A model generated the notes under the pieces. That model did not search any database and had not been told where the DNA came from. It saw nothing but the letters and a program-made list of their open reading frames with translations. Positions 11,596-24,035 of a DNA stretch of 48,927 nucleotides are shown here, one piece after another. The stretch is from assembly GCA_900088475.1 (NCBI GenBank), contig FLMG01001811.1, positions 1 through 48,927 on the forward strand, in the 5' to 3' direction. How positions within the stretch are numbered: position 1 is the first letter of the stretch; every line of letters begins with the position of its first letter. This stretch comes from Hyphochytrium catenoides (lineage: Eukaryota > Protista > Hyphochytriomycota). The position numbers and the translations under genes are program-made.

Positions 11596-13306
11596 CTAAA
11601 GAGATAGCTTCATTGTGTTCTTGACGTCGTCCGTCATGACGAAGCTGCCTGTTGATGACGACAGGCTCTCCACACTTCCAAACCCTGTTTCCTCCTCTAT
11701 GTCGGGCGGTGATATTGACAGCGGACGGCCAACAACTAGGCTGTGTGAGTCCTCAGCCGCCTTCTGCTCTAACATGGCGCTTCTTGAGAGATTGAGAGAA
11801 GCGCTCATTCTGTCTGCCTGCAAATGCCAGTTGCTGCTGATAAAGAAGCCCGACGATGTCATGTGACCTCTAGGAGAAGGAACGCTAGGCTTGCTCCACA
11901 CAGATTGAGGAGAGCATACAGCCTCCTTTGGAAGCGCTGGTTCTGGCAAAAGGGAAGTGTGAGACTGAGGAGTTCAAGCTATTCACATAACGTCAGGGCC
12001 AGGGAGCGAACAAGTCTTCACAAAGGAGAGTAACATGAGATAAGTCTTCCAACACGGTAGGCAAAATAGTAGAGATGAGAAGCCTATCAGTTCGAAACAG
12101 GTCACAGAGAGTGGAAATGTACCTTTCGGAGGCAGAACCACTTCCGCTATCCGCTGGCTGGTGTTCTCAGCATTCTCTCTACTGTTGTGCGTCGCTACTC
12201 GTCTCAGGTCGTTAAACTTGGAGAGACTGAGGTTCACCACCGACTCCAAAGGCTTCGTCAGTCTCATAGATTCTGAGACCGAGGAGAACCAACTTGGCAA
12301 GCTGAAGGCGGAAGTGCTGCTGGTACTTGGTAATCCTTCTCGCTCGCTCTCTACATCTGGTGCTGACGGTGGCTGGTATGTTCCCTCCGTGATCTGCGCG
12401 CCGGAGTCCGCCATGATGCTCTCCGGAGGAGAGTTGTCTACCCAGGAACCAGATGTTTCAGGTGACAATACATGGGAGGTTCCAGCGCTTCTTGTAAGAA
12501 CTTCTTCCTTTTCCTCAGCTTGCAACGATGGTATGTTCAAGACTGCAACCCCATCTGCCTCGTTAGTATCCTCCTCCACTGCGTCTTCCAGAGCCAGCTC
12601 CGGGGTAGGACTAATAATGCCAGGAAAAGTCTCTCTCACAGGACTGGAGGTATCCATGGACGTTGAGCTCTCCTCCATAGATTGGGACGTATTCAGGAGG
12701 CCTTCCACATCTTTCTCAATAAGTTTTAGTTCAAGGAAGTCCTCAGAGGAAGCGATAAATTTCTGCAGTGCTTGGCGGAGTTCCAGGTCAGACTCGATCA
12801 CCACAGACTTGGCTTTCTCCGTGTCCTAATCACAGGAGAGTAGTGCTATCAGATTGACGCGTACCGTCATGTCCCTTTGGCAGTTACTCGAAGGCACCAA
12901 GGGAAAAGTAAGAACGGACAGAATCAAACGAGAAAGGATAGAGGTCTGGTCTATGATATGATACCTTCAAGTGCAGGGAGGTCGGTACATCTGCCAGAAC
13001 TAAATCTAGACGGAGCTGGTGCAGATGCTTCAGGCCCAAACCGTGTAGAAGAACCGCATCCACGTCACATGAGACACTCCATAGTTCTGGTGGCCGATGG
13101 CTAAGTAATGATGCCTGAGTGATAGAGCACCGAGACTGTACCCTATCTTTGCAAACGGAGGTATTTCCTCGACAATCACCGGCCGATGACTGACCGGAGG
13201 TTGTAGAAGCGCCAAAGAAGCCCTCAAGTTGCTTCTGAATATCCTGTGCTGTAACCAGCGTCACCACTACGGTCTTCTGTATGATTCCTTGCGGTCCTCC
13301 TCCCAT
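11596..13306 (-). CDS. 463-aa protein with an N-terminal PB1-like fold and a long acidic Ser/Pro-rich disordered tail; exons 13306-12965, 12825-12123, 11942-11596
   Basis: Three ORFs are joined in frame by GT-AG introns (12964-12826 phase 0; 12122-11943 phase 1). The junction reads LHLK|DTEKAKSVVIESDLELRQAL, resembling the PB1 C-terminal (OPCA) region. Domain call and start codon are tentative. Confidence 0.7.
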
Positions 13307-14031
13307 ATTCCTACCACACAGGTCTTTTAGAAAAGCAATGTCCAGGAGCTGGCTTTTCCGTAAAAGTTCCGCTATCAGAAGCCCTGTTACTCTAAAGTGC
13401 CGATCGGTCCATCTTTAGTGACCCTCACCTAGACCATCATCCACTAGATTGCTGCTCACGTTCGCGCCAGACCTAAAACGCCCACAACTTGACCTTGGCA
13501 AAGGTAATAGAGTATCTCCGTAAAAACTCTACCCCAGTCCAAACACTCCAATAGCAACACCACTAAAGAGTCCGTTACTATACGACACCAAGGGTTGAGC
13601 TCCCACTTGCTGAAGATTGCAGATTTCTCTCTCTGAATTTTGAAGCTTTGAAGCTTTGAATTGTGAAGCTCTGTTCAAAGCTTGAGACGAGCGAGGAACA
13701 GCATCGATTTCCTATTTCCGCAGGCGGAAGACACTGCGTTTTATAATGAATCGCGAAAGGCTTGGAAGGAAATTGGTTTCGGGCGAAAATAAAACTCGCT
13801 CCAACCACCCCAAAAACCACTTCCCTCTCCTCCTTTCCTTCCTCCTCCTCTTCCTCTCTGTCTCTGTCTCTTACTTGTACAACTTGGTATTCCTGTTTTT
13901 TCTCAGTGCAAATTTCTTGTTTCCTTGGTTCGCATCGTCAGAAGAGTTACAAGAGACCCTGTGAAGGAGGTGCGAGAGACAGAATAAGAGCGGAATAGGA
14001 GAGAGAAATGTGCGCGAGAGAGAACAGAAAT

Positions 14032-14109
14032 GGGCTACAACTCCTGAGAAACTACAACATACAGGATAGGAACCCATCCCCCGCTGAGCTATTTCCGGAG
14101 TTGTAGCCC
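14032..14109. repeat. Perfect 13-bp inverted repeat forming a 78-nt hairpin
   Basis: gggctacaactcc (14032-14044) and ggagttgtagccc (14097-14109). The stem extends imperfectly inward. Confidence 0.85.
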
Positions 14110-14619
14110 TCAGATGCCATACCTATGCTAAAGTCAAAGTCCGCTTAGATGTTGATTTACAGACAGTGAGCAACAGAGACTAGTGGTAACCCAACCAGCC
14201 GCACAACTACAACGCACATTGAAGGAATGTGGAAAAGGGAGGCTAACGGCCGATCGGTCGTCAGGCTTTTCTGAAGATTTCTGATTTATAATTGAGATTT
14301 GCAGCAGATTTCTGAAAATTCATTGCCAAATCTCTCTCAGCACCGATGAGACAGGTCGATATGAAACAGGGCCAGGGGATCTGGCGCATTTGTATATCTC
14401 CCTTAGCAGTTTCCTGGCCTAAGGGCTTCAAACAAGACAGATTATGGCTAGGAGGCTAACCAAGGAGCGCCTCCTGAGATATATCGATACTGTACAGGAG
14501 TGTCCTGTTGGCGCAGGCAGCTGAGGGTTGGCATCAGAAACACTCACTGGCCCTGAATCAGTCTTTAGAATCGAAGTAAACGAGCCTTTTCAACTCTTTT
14601 TGAAGTTTTAAGGCTCTTA

Positions 14620-17191
14620 TCACGAGCTTTTCTTCCTAGTCACCGCTACCGCCATCTCTTCAGGCGGTCCATTGAGCTCTCCACTCTTGAACTTCTCCAT
14701 TTGATGGCAAAGGAGCGCTTCATGATGCTTCTCTTCCGAGAGAGATGGGAGCGGTAGCCGAGAGAGCAAGGACTCGAATTGCTCGATGGTCTTCTCGTCT
14801 TCTTTGATGAAAGCACCAATGCGTCCTTCTTTGTTATATTTCTCCAAGAGCTCTCGCCTCTTCTGTTCCTCGCGAAGGCGCTCAACCTCCTCACGAAGCT
14901 CCAGATCATCTGGGAATAAAATAGATATGCGCGAAGAAGATTGTGGAGAGAGTAAAGAGGATATCAGCTATTGACATCGAGGAGAGAGAGAGGAAAAGTA
15001 AGAGAACGAGGACGAAAAGAGGGTAGAGAGGTAAGAGAAGCATGGAGTAGGAGAAAGAAGGAGGGGGAGAGAGAAAGTGAAGAGAGAAAGGACCAAAAAG
15101 AGAGAGAGAAAGAGAGAGAGAGAAGAAGAAGGGATGCAGGGGATAAGAGAAGACTGAAATCCAGGACAGGGAAACCCAGAAATAGGAGGAGAGAGCAAGA
15201 GAGAGAAAAGCAGGGAAAGAGAATGAAAAATCGAGAGCTAGCGAGGGAGAGTGAGAGCTAGCGAGGGAGAGTGACCGAAAGAGAGACAAAGAGAAGAAAG
15301 CGAAGAGAGAAGAGGAAAGAGAAAGAAGCTCTTCTACCTCCGACTTCCAGTTCAATGAGCTTCTCTCGGCACCAATCCAGCAACTTGTCCCTGAAGAGCT
15401 GGCGATAGAGTTTAAGGTTTGCTTCCTCTTTTTCTCGGCGATAGTGCAACTCTCGGGCTGCCCGCCTTTCAGAGTTTCTGATGATAGAGAACCGAAACGG
15501 AGTAAGAGAGAGAAAAAGCGAGGAGGAGACAGCAAAATAGGAGAGAGAGAGAGAGAGAGGGGAAAGAACAGAGAAGAGAAGAGTGTTAGAGAGAGAGAGA
15601 GAGGGAGGGACACGATGCAGGTTGATGGAAGAGGCGATGACTGAAGGCACTTCAGCACAAGGAGAAAGAGAAAGAAAGAGGGACAAAAAGAAGGCCAAAA
15701 CAGAGAGAGCAAGCAGAAGTCCGAGGCCTCCTTTTAATTGAAAGAGACATAGAGAACACAGAGAGAGAGAGAGAGACGCACTTCTTTCTCCTGGCCAGCA
15801 TCTTCTCCGTCTCATCGAAGAGCTTCCATATGACACTGAGTTTCTTGCTATAGGAGAGAGAGAGAGAAAAGGGAAGATAACCAGGTTGGTAGCTCTCTTC
15901 TCTGTTCATGAAAACAGCATGACCACGCCTTGGGCGACCGAGACAGAACGTGCCCTGGAATGAGAAAGGAAGAAAGAAGGAGGTCAAAAATGAGGTGCTC
16001 GCTGGACCGTCTCTCCTTCTCAAGAGGCATTCTTGAACGAAAGGTGGAGACAGAGAGAGAGATGGGGAGAGAGAAGAGAGAGGAGAAGGCGCAGAGAGAG
16101 AGAGAGAAAGGAATGACAGAGTAGGGAGAGAAGACAAAAAGAGAGAGACAGAGAGAGAGAAAGAAAGAGCGGGCTGGAGGTTTGATAACTGGGAAGAAAA
16201 GGAGAGGAGAGACATAGATGCAGAAGCGGCAATGTCTCATTTGCAAGAAAACTATGCTCAGACGTGGTCAAGGATGATCGCGATAGCAGATGTTAAGACC
16301 AGGAAGAGACATTCAGCTACGGAGAGCCAATGAGAGAGAAGAGCGAGAACGAGAGAGAGAGAGGACGAGAGAGAGAAAGAAAGAGAGAGAGACACAGAGA
16401 GAGAGAGTGAGAGAGAGTCCTCGGTTGGTCTCCGACCTCGTAAGTAAAGTCAGACTCGGGAACATGGAACTTTGCCTCTTCTTCGAGAGAGGCATTCTCC
16501 TGCTCTCTCTGTCTCTCCTGTTGATGTGTTTCTCCTTCTTCTTCTTCTCCTACATCTCCTGTCTCTATTTCGTCCTCTCTCTTCTCCTCCCTCTCTTCTT
16601 TCTCTCGTGTCTCTCTTTGCTTTCTCTCTTGTCTCTTTGCGGTTCCACTCCGCTCAGAAGCCTTGACATTTCCATAGTAGAAAACTCCTCGGCCATGGAA
16701 CAAGTCATCAGAGAACCAGCCAGAGTAGACTTCACCATCTTTAAAGTATTGACGACCTCTGGAGAGAGAGAGAGAGAATAATGGGGAAGAGAGAGAGAGA
16801 CACGCAAAGAGAGAGAGAGAGAGAGAATGAAGAGGTATCGTCAACTGCTGCTAAAAGCTCTTGCCGCGAGGCTGCCAATCTATGTCCTAGTAGTTTTCCT
16901 CTGTGTCCCCGTCTCCTTCTCTCTCCCCATCTTCTCTCATTCACTCTCTTCTCCTCTCTCACGCTTTCTCCTCTGTCGTTTTGTCACATTGTCTTTCACT
17001 CTTCCTCATCTTACTGTTCTCACTTTCTCTCCGTTCCCTCTTTCTCTCTTCTCTCTCTCTCGGTCTCTTTGTTCCTCCTTCTCTATGCGCGCGTTAGCTT
17101 CAATATCTACTGTACCTTTGTCTCTCTCTCCCTCTTCCTCTCTCCCCCTCCCTCTCTCTCGCTCTTTCTCTCTCTCTCTCTCGCTCCCCCG

Positions 17192-17228
<37 letters not shown>

Positions 17229-17930
17229 CGTCTCTCTGGCTCTCTCACTCTCAGAGTCTTTAATCCAGCATCACTTGTCGTGTTAAGTGAGATTTCTCGT
17301 CTTCCATGAGCCCTTTCTCTTTTTCAGACTCTCACCTTCCCTCTTTCCTGCCTCCAGAGAAATGTCCAATGTACTTATAACCATCACCTGGGGCAGATTC
17401 CTTTCCTTCGTAAAGTGAGAGTGAGAGAGGGAGAGAGCGAGAGAGAAAAGGAAAGAGAGACGGGCGGGGTGGTGAGAGAGGGAATAACGTAAAAGAGGAG
17501 AGACGCCTGGCAAACTGTCTTGCCTCGAAGACAACTAAGAAGAAGAGTAGCAACGAGAAAAATGGAGGACATGCAGCAGAGAGAAAAAAAAAGGAAAGAG
17601 AGAGGGAGAGAGAGTGAGAGAGAGAGAGGGAGAGATGGGGGGAGGAGAGAGCTCACCGTATCCCTCAATGGCTCCTCCTTCGAAGCTCCCTTCCAGCACT
17701 CGCCCTGTCGGTCTCTCTTCTCTCCCTCTCTTCAACTCTCCCTCCAGAAACTCTCCCTCTTGCACGGTTCCGGAGGAAGAAACATAACGCCCTCTCCCCG
17801 TGATTCGCCCGTCTCTCACGTCTCCCTCGTATCTGGACAGGCAGAAGAGAGAGAGAGAGAGAGAGATAAAGAGAGGCAAAGTTTGTGAGAGACAGAGAGG
17901 TAGAGATAGATACAGAGACAAGGGAGTGAG

Positions 17931-17966
<36 letters not shown>

Positions 17967-19124
17967 AAGAGCTAAAGGAAGGAGGTTCTTAACGTGAGTA
18001 TACCGAAACCCTGTGCCTGAAAGGTAAGAAGAAAGAGGGAGAGAGAAAGAGAGAGACAGAAAGAGGGAGTAACGGGCCAAACGAGAGAGAGCGGAATGGA
18101 AAGGTGAACTAGATCAAGATGTAGAGAGAGAGAGATGCAAAAGAGATTCCTAGCTAGGGAAGAGATGCAGACAGAAAGAAAATGGCTTTTGAGGCAGAGA
18201 TCTAGAGACAATGAGGAGGAGGGAAAGGTGAGCCAAAGAGAAGCGAAAGAGACACAGAGAGAGAGAGAGAGAGAGACAAAGAGAGAGAGAAAAAAGAGAG
18301 AGGAGAGGGAAAAAGAGAGAAGGCAGACGATGAGAGAGATAGAAGATTTCAGGATAGCCAGAGAACAATAAGTTCTAAGATTTATTGGTACTGACGTTGC
18401 CCCGTCCGCGAAGGTTATCTTGGCCTCTCCGTTTTCTGCGCCATCTGAATAGGGAGAGAGAGGGAGAGAACGATTGTTCCATTTGCTGGGGAGGAGAGAG
18501 AGACGAAGAGGAGTTCCCTTGAGTTTCCCATGAGAGAAATGTCTTCTCTGAGGTATGAAGGGTCCCTCATACAGATCTCCATTGGCAAAGATAAAGCGAG
18601 AATGGGAAGGCACTGCGGAGCTCGATGGGAGAGAGAGAGAAGGAGAGAGAGAAGAGGGAGAGATTGGGCTGTGTCTTCTTCCCATTCTGAACTCTCCTTC
18701 ATAGATTCCCTGAGGAGGTGGAAGATGTGCCAGAAAAGAGAGCAGGTTAGCAACACGGAGCTAAGGAGAGAGCTGCGTGAGATGGATATTCTGAAGGAGA
18801 GAAAAGGAAAAAAAGAGAGAGAAGGAGAGAAAGAGAGACAAAAAGAAGAAAGCTAAGCAGGAGAGAGCATGAGAGAGATAGAAAGAGCAAAAAGATGCAA
18901 AAAGTGCAAGAAAGCTGACCGAACGAAATCATCAAGCAAGAGATATAAGAGACGAGAGAGACGGAAGAATAGAGAGAGTAGGAGAGAAAGACATGGAAAC
19001 GGCAAAGGCTAAGACAGATCGAGAGAGAGAACGAGAGAAAGAGAGGAAGAATAAGAAGTGCACGTTGAAAGAGAGGATTGATGGCCATAGAGAAGGAATA
19101 GCGAGAGAGAGACGGAACGAAAGA

Positions 19125-19168
<44 letters not shown>

Positions 19169-19893
19169 AAGGAGAAAAAATGCAAAGACGAGATCCTCTT
19201 CCTACCCCTTCGCAATATTCGGTGGCTCTTCCCTCTTTCTCTCTGTACTTCCAGGGCCCCTTATAAAGAAAGGGAAAGGAAGAAGGCATGGAGAAAGTTT
19301 TCTCATCAACATCAAGCGCCTGGCTGAGGAGAGAGAGAGAAGACATAAACTCTCCCTTCCCGTGCCGCCAGCGCTCCACACGAAGTAGCTTCATGTTCAC
19401 CTGCCGGGAAGAGGGGAGAGGAGTTAAAATAATGTCTGTCTCTCCCTCTTCCCGTCTCTGGGTTGTCTCTCCCTCCCTTCCTCTCTCTCTCTTTCTCTCT
19501 CGCTTCTTCGCTTCTCCCCATCTTTCCCCCATCCTTCTCCGTCTGTCAGTCTTCTTCTCTCTTCCTTCTCTCAGTTTCTTTCATGAGCCTGTGCCCATTC
19601 TCTCTCGGGCGAGCCCCACAATCCTACTGTTCCTTCTCTTTCCCTCTCACCATTTTTCTCTCTAAACCTTCTCTCTCTCTCTTTGTCTCCCTCTCTGTCT
19701 CTCTCCCTGTCTCTGTCTCTCTTTGTGTCTCTCTGTCTCTTTCTATCTCTCCCCCTCTTTCCCGTCTCTCTCTCTGTCTTATCTACCTCCAGACCCTGGG
19801 CCTCGGGCTCCAAGTCCTCAAAGGTAACCGTGGGCTCAGGCCTTGTGAGGGCGAGACGGACGTCTTTCCAGTGTGATCGTGTCAGGAGCTAGG

Positions 19894-19937
<44 letters not shown>

Positions 19938-20605
19938 CGAATGAGAGAGAGAGGGAGGGAGAGAGGGAGATTGAGAAAAAGAGAGAATGAGCAGGGAGTC
20001 ACAATGTGAGAGCGAGAGAAGAAGAGGAAGGAAGAGTAAGAGATGAGAAACTACGACCGCTAAAGAGCCTTGTCCATTAGTATTTTGTACTCTCTCTCTC
20101 TGTCTTCTTATTCTCCTCTAGCTCTCCTCTTAGCTCTCCCCTTATCTGCTTTCGTTCCCTCTCCGTCTATCTTTCGACCTCTTTCTCTTTCTCTCCCTCT
20201 CTGTCTGTCTGTCTGTCTGTCTGTCCCTCGTTCTCTCTCTCTTTTCTCTCTTGTTTTTGTCGCCTTACCAGCTCCGCAATTCTCTTTCCCAGAGGTCCTG
20301 GAAGAGAAATTTGATAGTCCAACAACTCCGATAGAAGACCCTGAGAAGACGAATCGTTTAGCTAGACTGAGGCTTCACTTGCAAGAGAGAGAGAGATTGC
20401 AAGAAAGAGAGAGAAAAAAAGAGAGCAATAAAGCAAGATATATCTGAGAGACAGATAGAGAGAACGAGAAACAGAAAGAGAGAGAAAAAGAGAGGGAGAG
20501 AGAGAGGGGACGAGGAAGAGGAAATCAGAGACAAAAAAAGAGAGAGATGGAGATGGAGAGCCACGGAGGAGAGGAGAAGGTGTACAAGTGAGGGAGAACA
20601 TTGGA

Positions 20606-20661
<56 letters not shown>

Positions 20662-21678
20662 CTAGCCTTAACAGGAAGAGAGAGAAACTAGGAGAGAGAT
20701 CGGGATGAGAAGAAGGAGTTGAATAGCTCTACCTCATGCTTCTGGCCTCGTAACTTCCTATCTTCAACTCGAAATGGGTCCTCCTGCAAACCAGGAGAGA
20801 GAAAGGGGAGAGAAGAGAGAGAGAGAGATACGTAGATAGATAGATAGAGAGAAAGCGAATCAGAGAGAGAGGGGGAGATGTAGAGACAAGGAGAGTGAGA
20901 GAGACACACCTAAAGAAGAAACGTAGAAAGAAAGTGAGAGACAGAGAGAGAGAGAGAAGGTATTGAGAGGGGAGAACAGAAGGGGAGAGGTAATAGGAAC
21001 AAGTGAGAGAGAGAGAGAGCGTAGGATAGGTAAGACGTCATTGGAGGAAAGAGAGAGAGAGAAAGAGAGAGAGAGAAAAATAGAGAGAGAAAGATGGAGA
21101 GAAGAAAAGAGGGAGAAACAGAGAGAGAAACAGAGAGAGAGAGAGAAGGAGAGAGAGAGAGACTGAGAGAGAGAGATTAGAGTATATACGGGTGGAGAGA
21201 TGGTCGCACCTCGTTTTCAATGAGTGTGAAGAGAATGGGCTCGAGGTGAAACTGCCGCATCATCTTCTTGACCTTCCTTCTCACGCCCTGGAGAGTCTCT
21301 TCCATCTAGAAAACAGGATAGGTTAGACCCCCAACCAGTAGAAGGAGAGAGAGAGAAAAAAAAAGGGAGAGTGAGAAAGAGAGAGTGAGAAAGAGAGAGA
21401 GAGAGAGACCACAACGGAAAAGGGAGAAGAGAGTAGGAGAGAGAAGAAAGAGTAGGACATTAAAAGAGGAATGGAGAGAGAAGGAGGTCCATGGAAAGCC
21501 GGTAGTGAAAGTGATGGAGAGAGACAAGAGAGAGAAAAAGTGCAGCAAGAGAGAAAGAGAGAGAGAGACAGTGAAGAAAAACATACACTCGCGATCTTTT
21601 CATTAAGACTTTGGATGGCAAAGTTCTGAGACAGAACAGCCTCTCGGCGCTGCGGACCATCCTGAAAGAGAGAGGACA

Positions 21679-21718
<40 letters not shown>

Positions 21719-22895
21719 ACAGAAAGGCTCGAATGGGTGGTTGAAGGAACCATTAAGGGCTATGGCGAGCAGAGAGGAGAGAGAGAAACGAGAGCAAGTC
21801 GTCCAAGAAAGAGGATCTTCTCCTCCTTCCTCTTTTCTTTTCTCTGGTTTTCATTGTGCTACGGCTCTCGTCCTTCTCTCTTTCCCTTTTCTCTCTAGCT
21901 TTCGTACGTTTGAGCCTTTATCAGTATCTCTCCTCTTCCCCCTATCTCTTTCCTCCGCTTCCTCTCGCGCTCTCAATCTCTCCTTTCCCTCACTCCACCA
22001 CAATCTTTGTCTCTCTCTCTGTGTCTCTCTTCCCCTTCTCTGTCTCGCCTCCCAACTCTCTCTCTCTTTTTTCTCTCCCTGTGTCTCTGTCCCTTTCTCC
22101 GCCTCTGTCTCTCTCTCTCTTTCCTCTCTCTCTCTCTCTCTCTCTCTATTCTCTGTCTTCCCCTCTCTTCTCTCGCCCTGTCTCCTCTTTCTCTTTCATT
22201 TACCGGGATTTTCTGGATTCTATTTTGGATGGACTTGATGTTCATCTTCAAAGATGTAATCTCACGGTCTATCTCCTCCTCTCTCTCCTAAGAAGGGACG
22301 AAACGTTTTTTAACTGAGGGAAGTACAGAAGCCAGGAGAGAAAGAGAACGAAAGAAAGAGAGAGCGAGAGAGAGAAAGAGAGTGAAAAGAGAGAGAGAGA
22401 GAGAGAAAAAGCAGAAAGAGAGAAAAAGAGAAAGAGGGAGACAGAGAGAGCACAGAAAGTGCGAGAGAGAGGAGGAATTGGAAAGAGAAAGAGATGTATA
22501 TACACATATCTATATATATCTATAGAGAGAGAGAGAGGAAAAGAGAGGAAGCGCGCGCGCGAGAGAGAAGGAGAGATAAGGAAAGAGCGAGATAGTGAAA
22601 TGTAGAATAGAAGGAAATAAAGATATTTACTCAGTTGTCCAAGAACTAGCTAGGTGAAAGAAGGGCGAGAGAGAAAGAAAGCGCAAGAGAGAAAGAGAGA
22701 GAAGAAAGAGAATAAGAGTAATGGGGAAAAGGGAGAAAAAGGAAATCATAGAGAGAGAAAGAGAAGAATAGAGGGCGAGGGAGACAGAGCAACGAGAGAA
22801 AGACAAAGAAAGACCTAAAGGAGATGGAAACAGGGAGAGGCAGGGAGATAGAGAGGGGAGAAGCGAGAGAGAGAGAGAGAAAGGGAGAGAGAGAG

Positions 22896-22926
<31 letters not shown>

Positions 22927-22937
22927 AAGAGAAAAAG

Positions 22938-22979
<42 letters not shown>

Positions 22980-23112
22980 CTACGAGGACAGCCATACCAC
23001 AGCGGCTCCGAGCGGCTCGTATTCGGAGCGAAAGCTGTACAGAAGAAACTTCCTGACGTCGTCTTCAGTGCACTGCAGAGAGAGAGAAGAGACAAGGAGA
23101 GAGAAGAGTCAA

Positions 23113-23144
<32 letters not shown>

Positions 23145-24002
23145 CGCATAAGAGAAAAAAGGAAGGAAGGGAAAGACAGAGAAAAAGAAGTGTCGAGAGA
23201 GCGGGAGAATATCATAGAGAGATAGATGGAGAGGAACAGGGAAGACTAGGGCGAAGAGAGAGAGAGAGAGAGACAGCGAGACGGAGAAGAGAGTGAGAGA
23301 GAGACGGTATAGGCACAGTCAGGAGAGAGAGAGCATAACAAGGCGCAGAGGAATGAGCAGTCAGGGAGCGGAGACCAAGAAAAGGAAGACAGAAAAAAAA
23401 GAGAGAGAGAGCGAGAGAGAGAGAGAGGAAAGTTAGTGACAGACCTTGGATGGCACATTTCTCAGTACGAGCACTGTCTCTCCCGAGTAATAAGGCTCCA
23501 CTTTATCGTCCACCGCTTCAGTGTTGGAAACATTAGAAGAGAAGAGAGGGGAACAAGAGAGAGAGAGAGAGAGAGAGAGACAGAGTCAGAGAGAGAGAGA
23601 GAGAGAGAGACAGAGCGAGAAAGAGCGAGAGAGAGAGAGAGAGAGAGAGAGAAGAAGAAGAAGAAGAGCACAGCGGGAGAGAGACACAGAGATGGAAGGT
23701 TGACAAGAGGCCCATGTGAAGAAAAACGTGGGAGTGGAGAGAACCAGAAAGCCAATCGATGTCCACGTGAGATAGGAAAAAGATTTGAAGAGCAGGAGAA
23801 AAAGGGAAGAAATAAAGAGCGGGAAAGAGGACCGAAAGGGATTGAGAAAAATGAAGAAGAGAGAGTGTACGTGTAGACAAAGAGAAAGTGAGAGAAAGAG
23901 AGAGAAGAGAAAGAGAGAGAGAGAGAGAGAGAGAAGAGAGAGAATAAGAGAGAGAAAGAAAGACGGAGAGAGAGAAAATGAGAGTATTAGAGAGACAGTA
24001 TT

Positions 24003-24035
<33 letters not shown>

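Noticed and set aside
11596-12030. Stop-codon reassignment suggested by in-frame ORFs separated by TGA/TAG
   Set aside because: A canonical GT-AG intron (12122-11943) removes the stops. Other genes end normally in TAA, TAG and TGA.
12161-12829. 222-aa plus-strand ORF
   Set aside because: Antisense shadow of the minus-strand exon.
18004-18016. Possible micro-exon (GTGFR) in the MORN gene
   Set aside because: Direct splicing DGAT|YEG using a GT donor gives a perfect MORN repeat without it.
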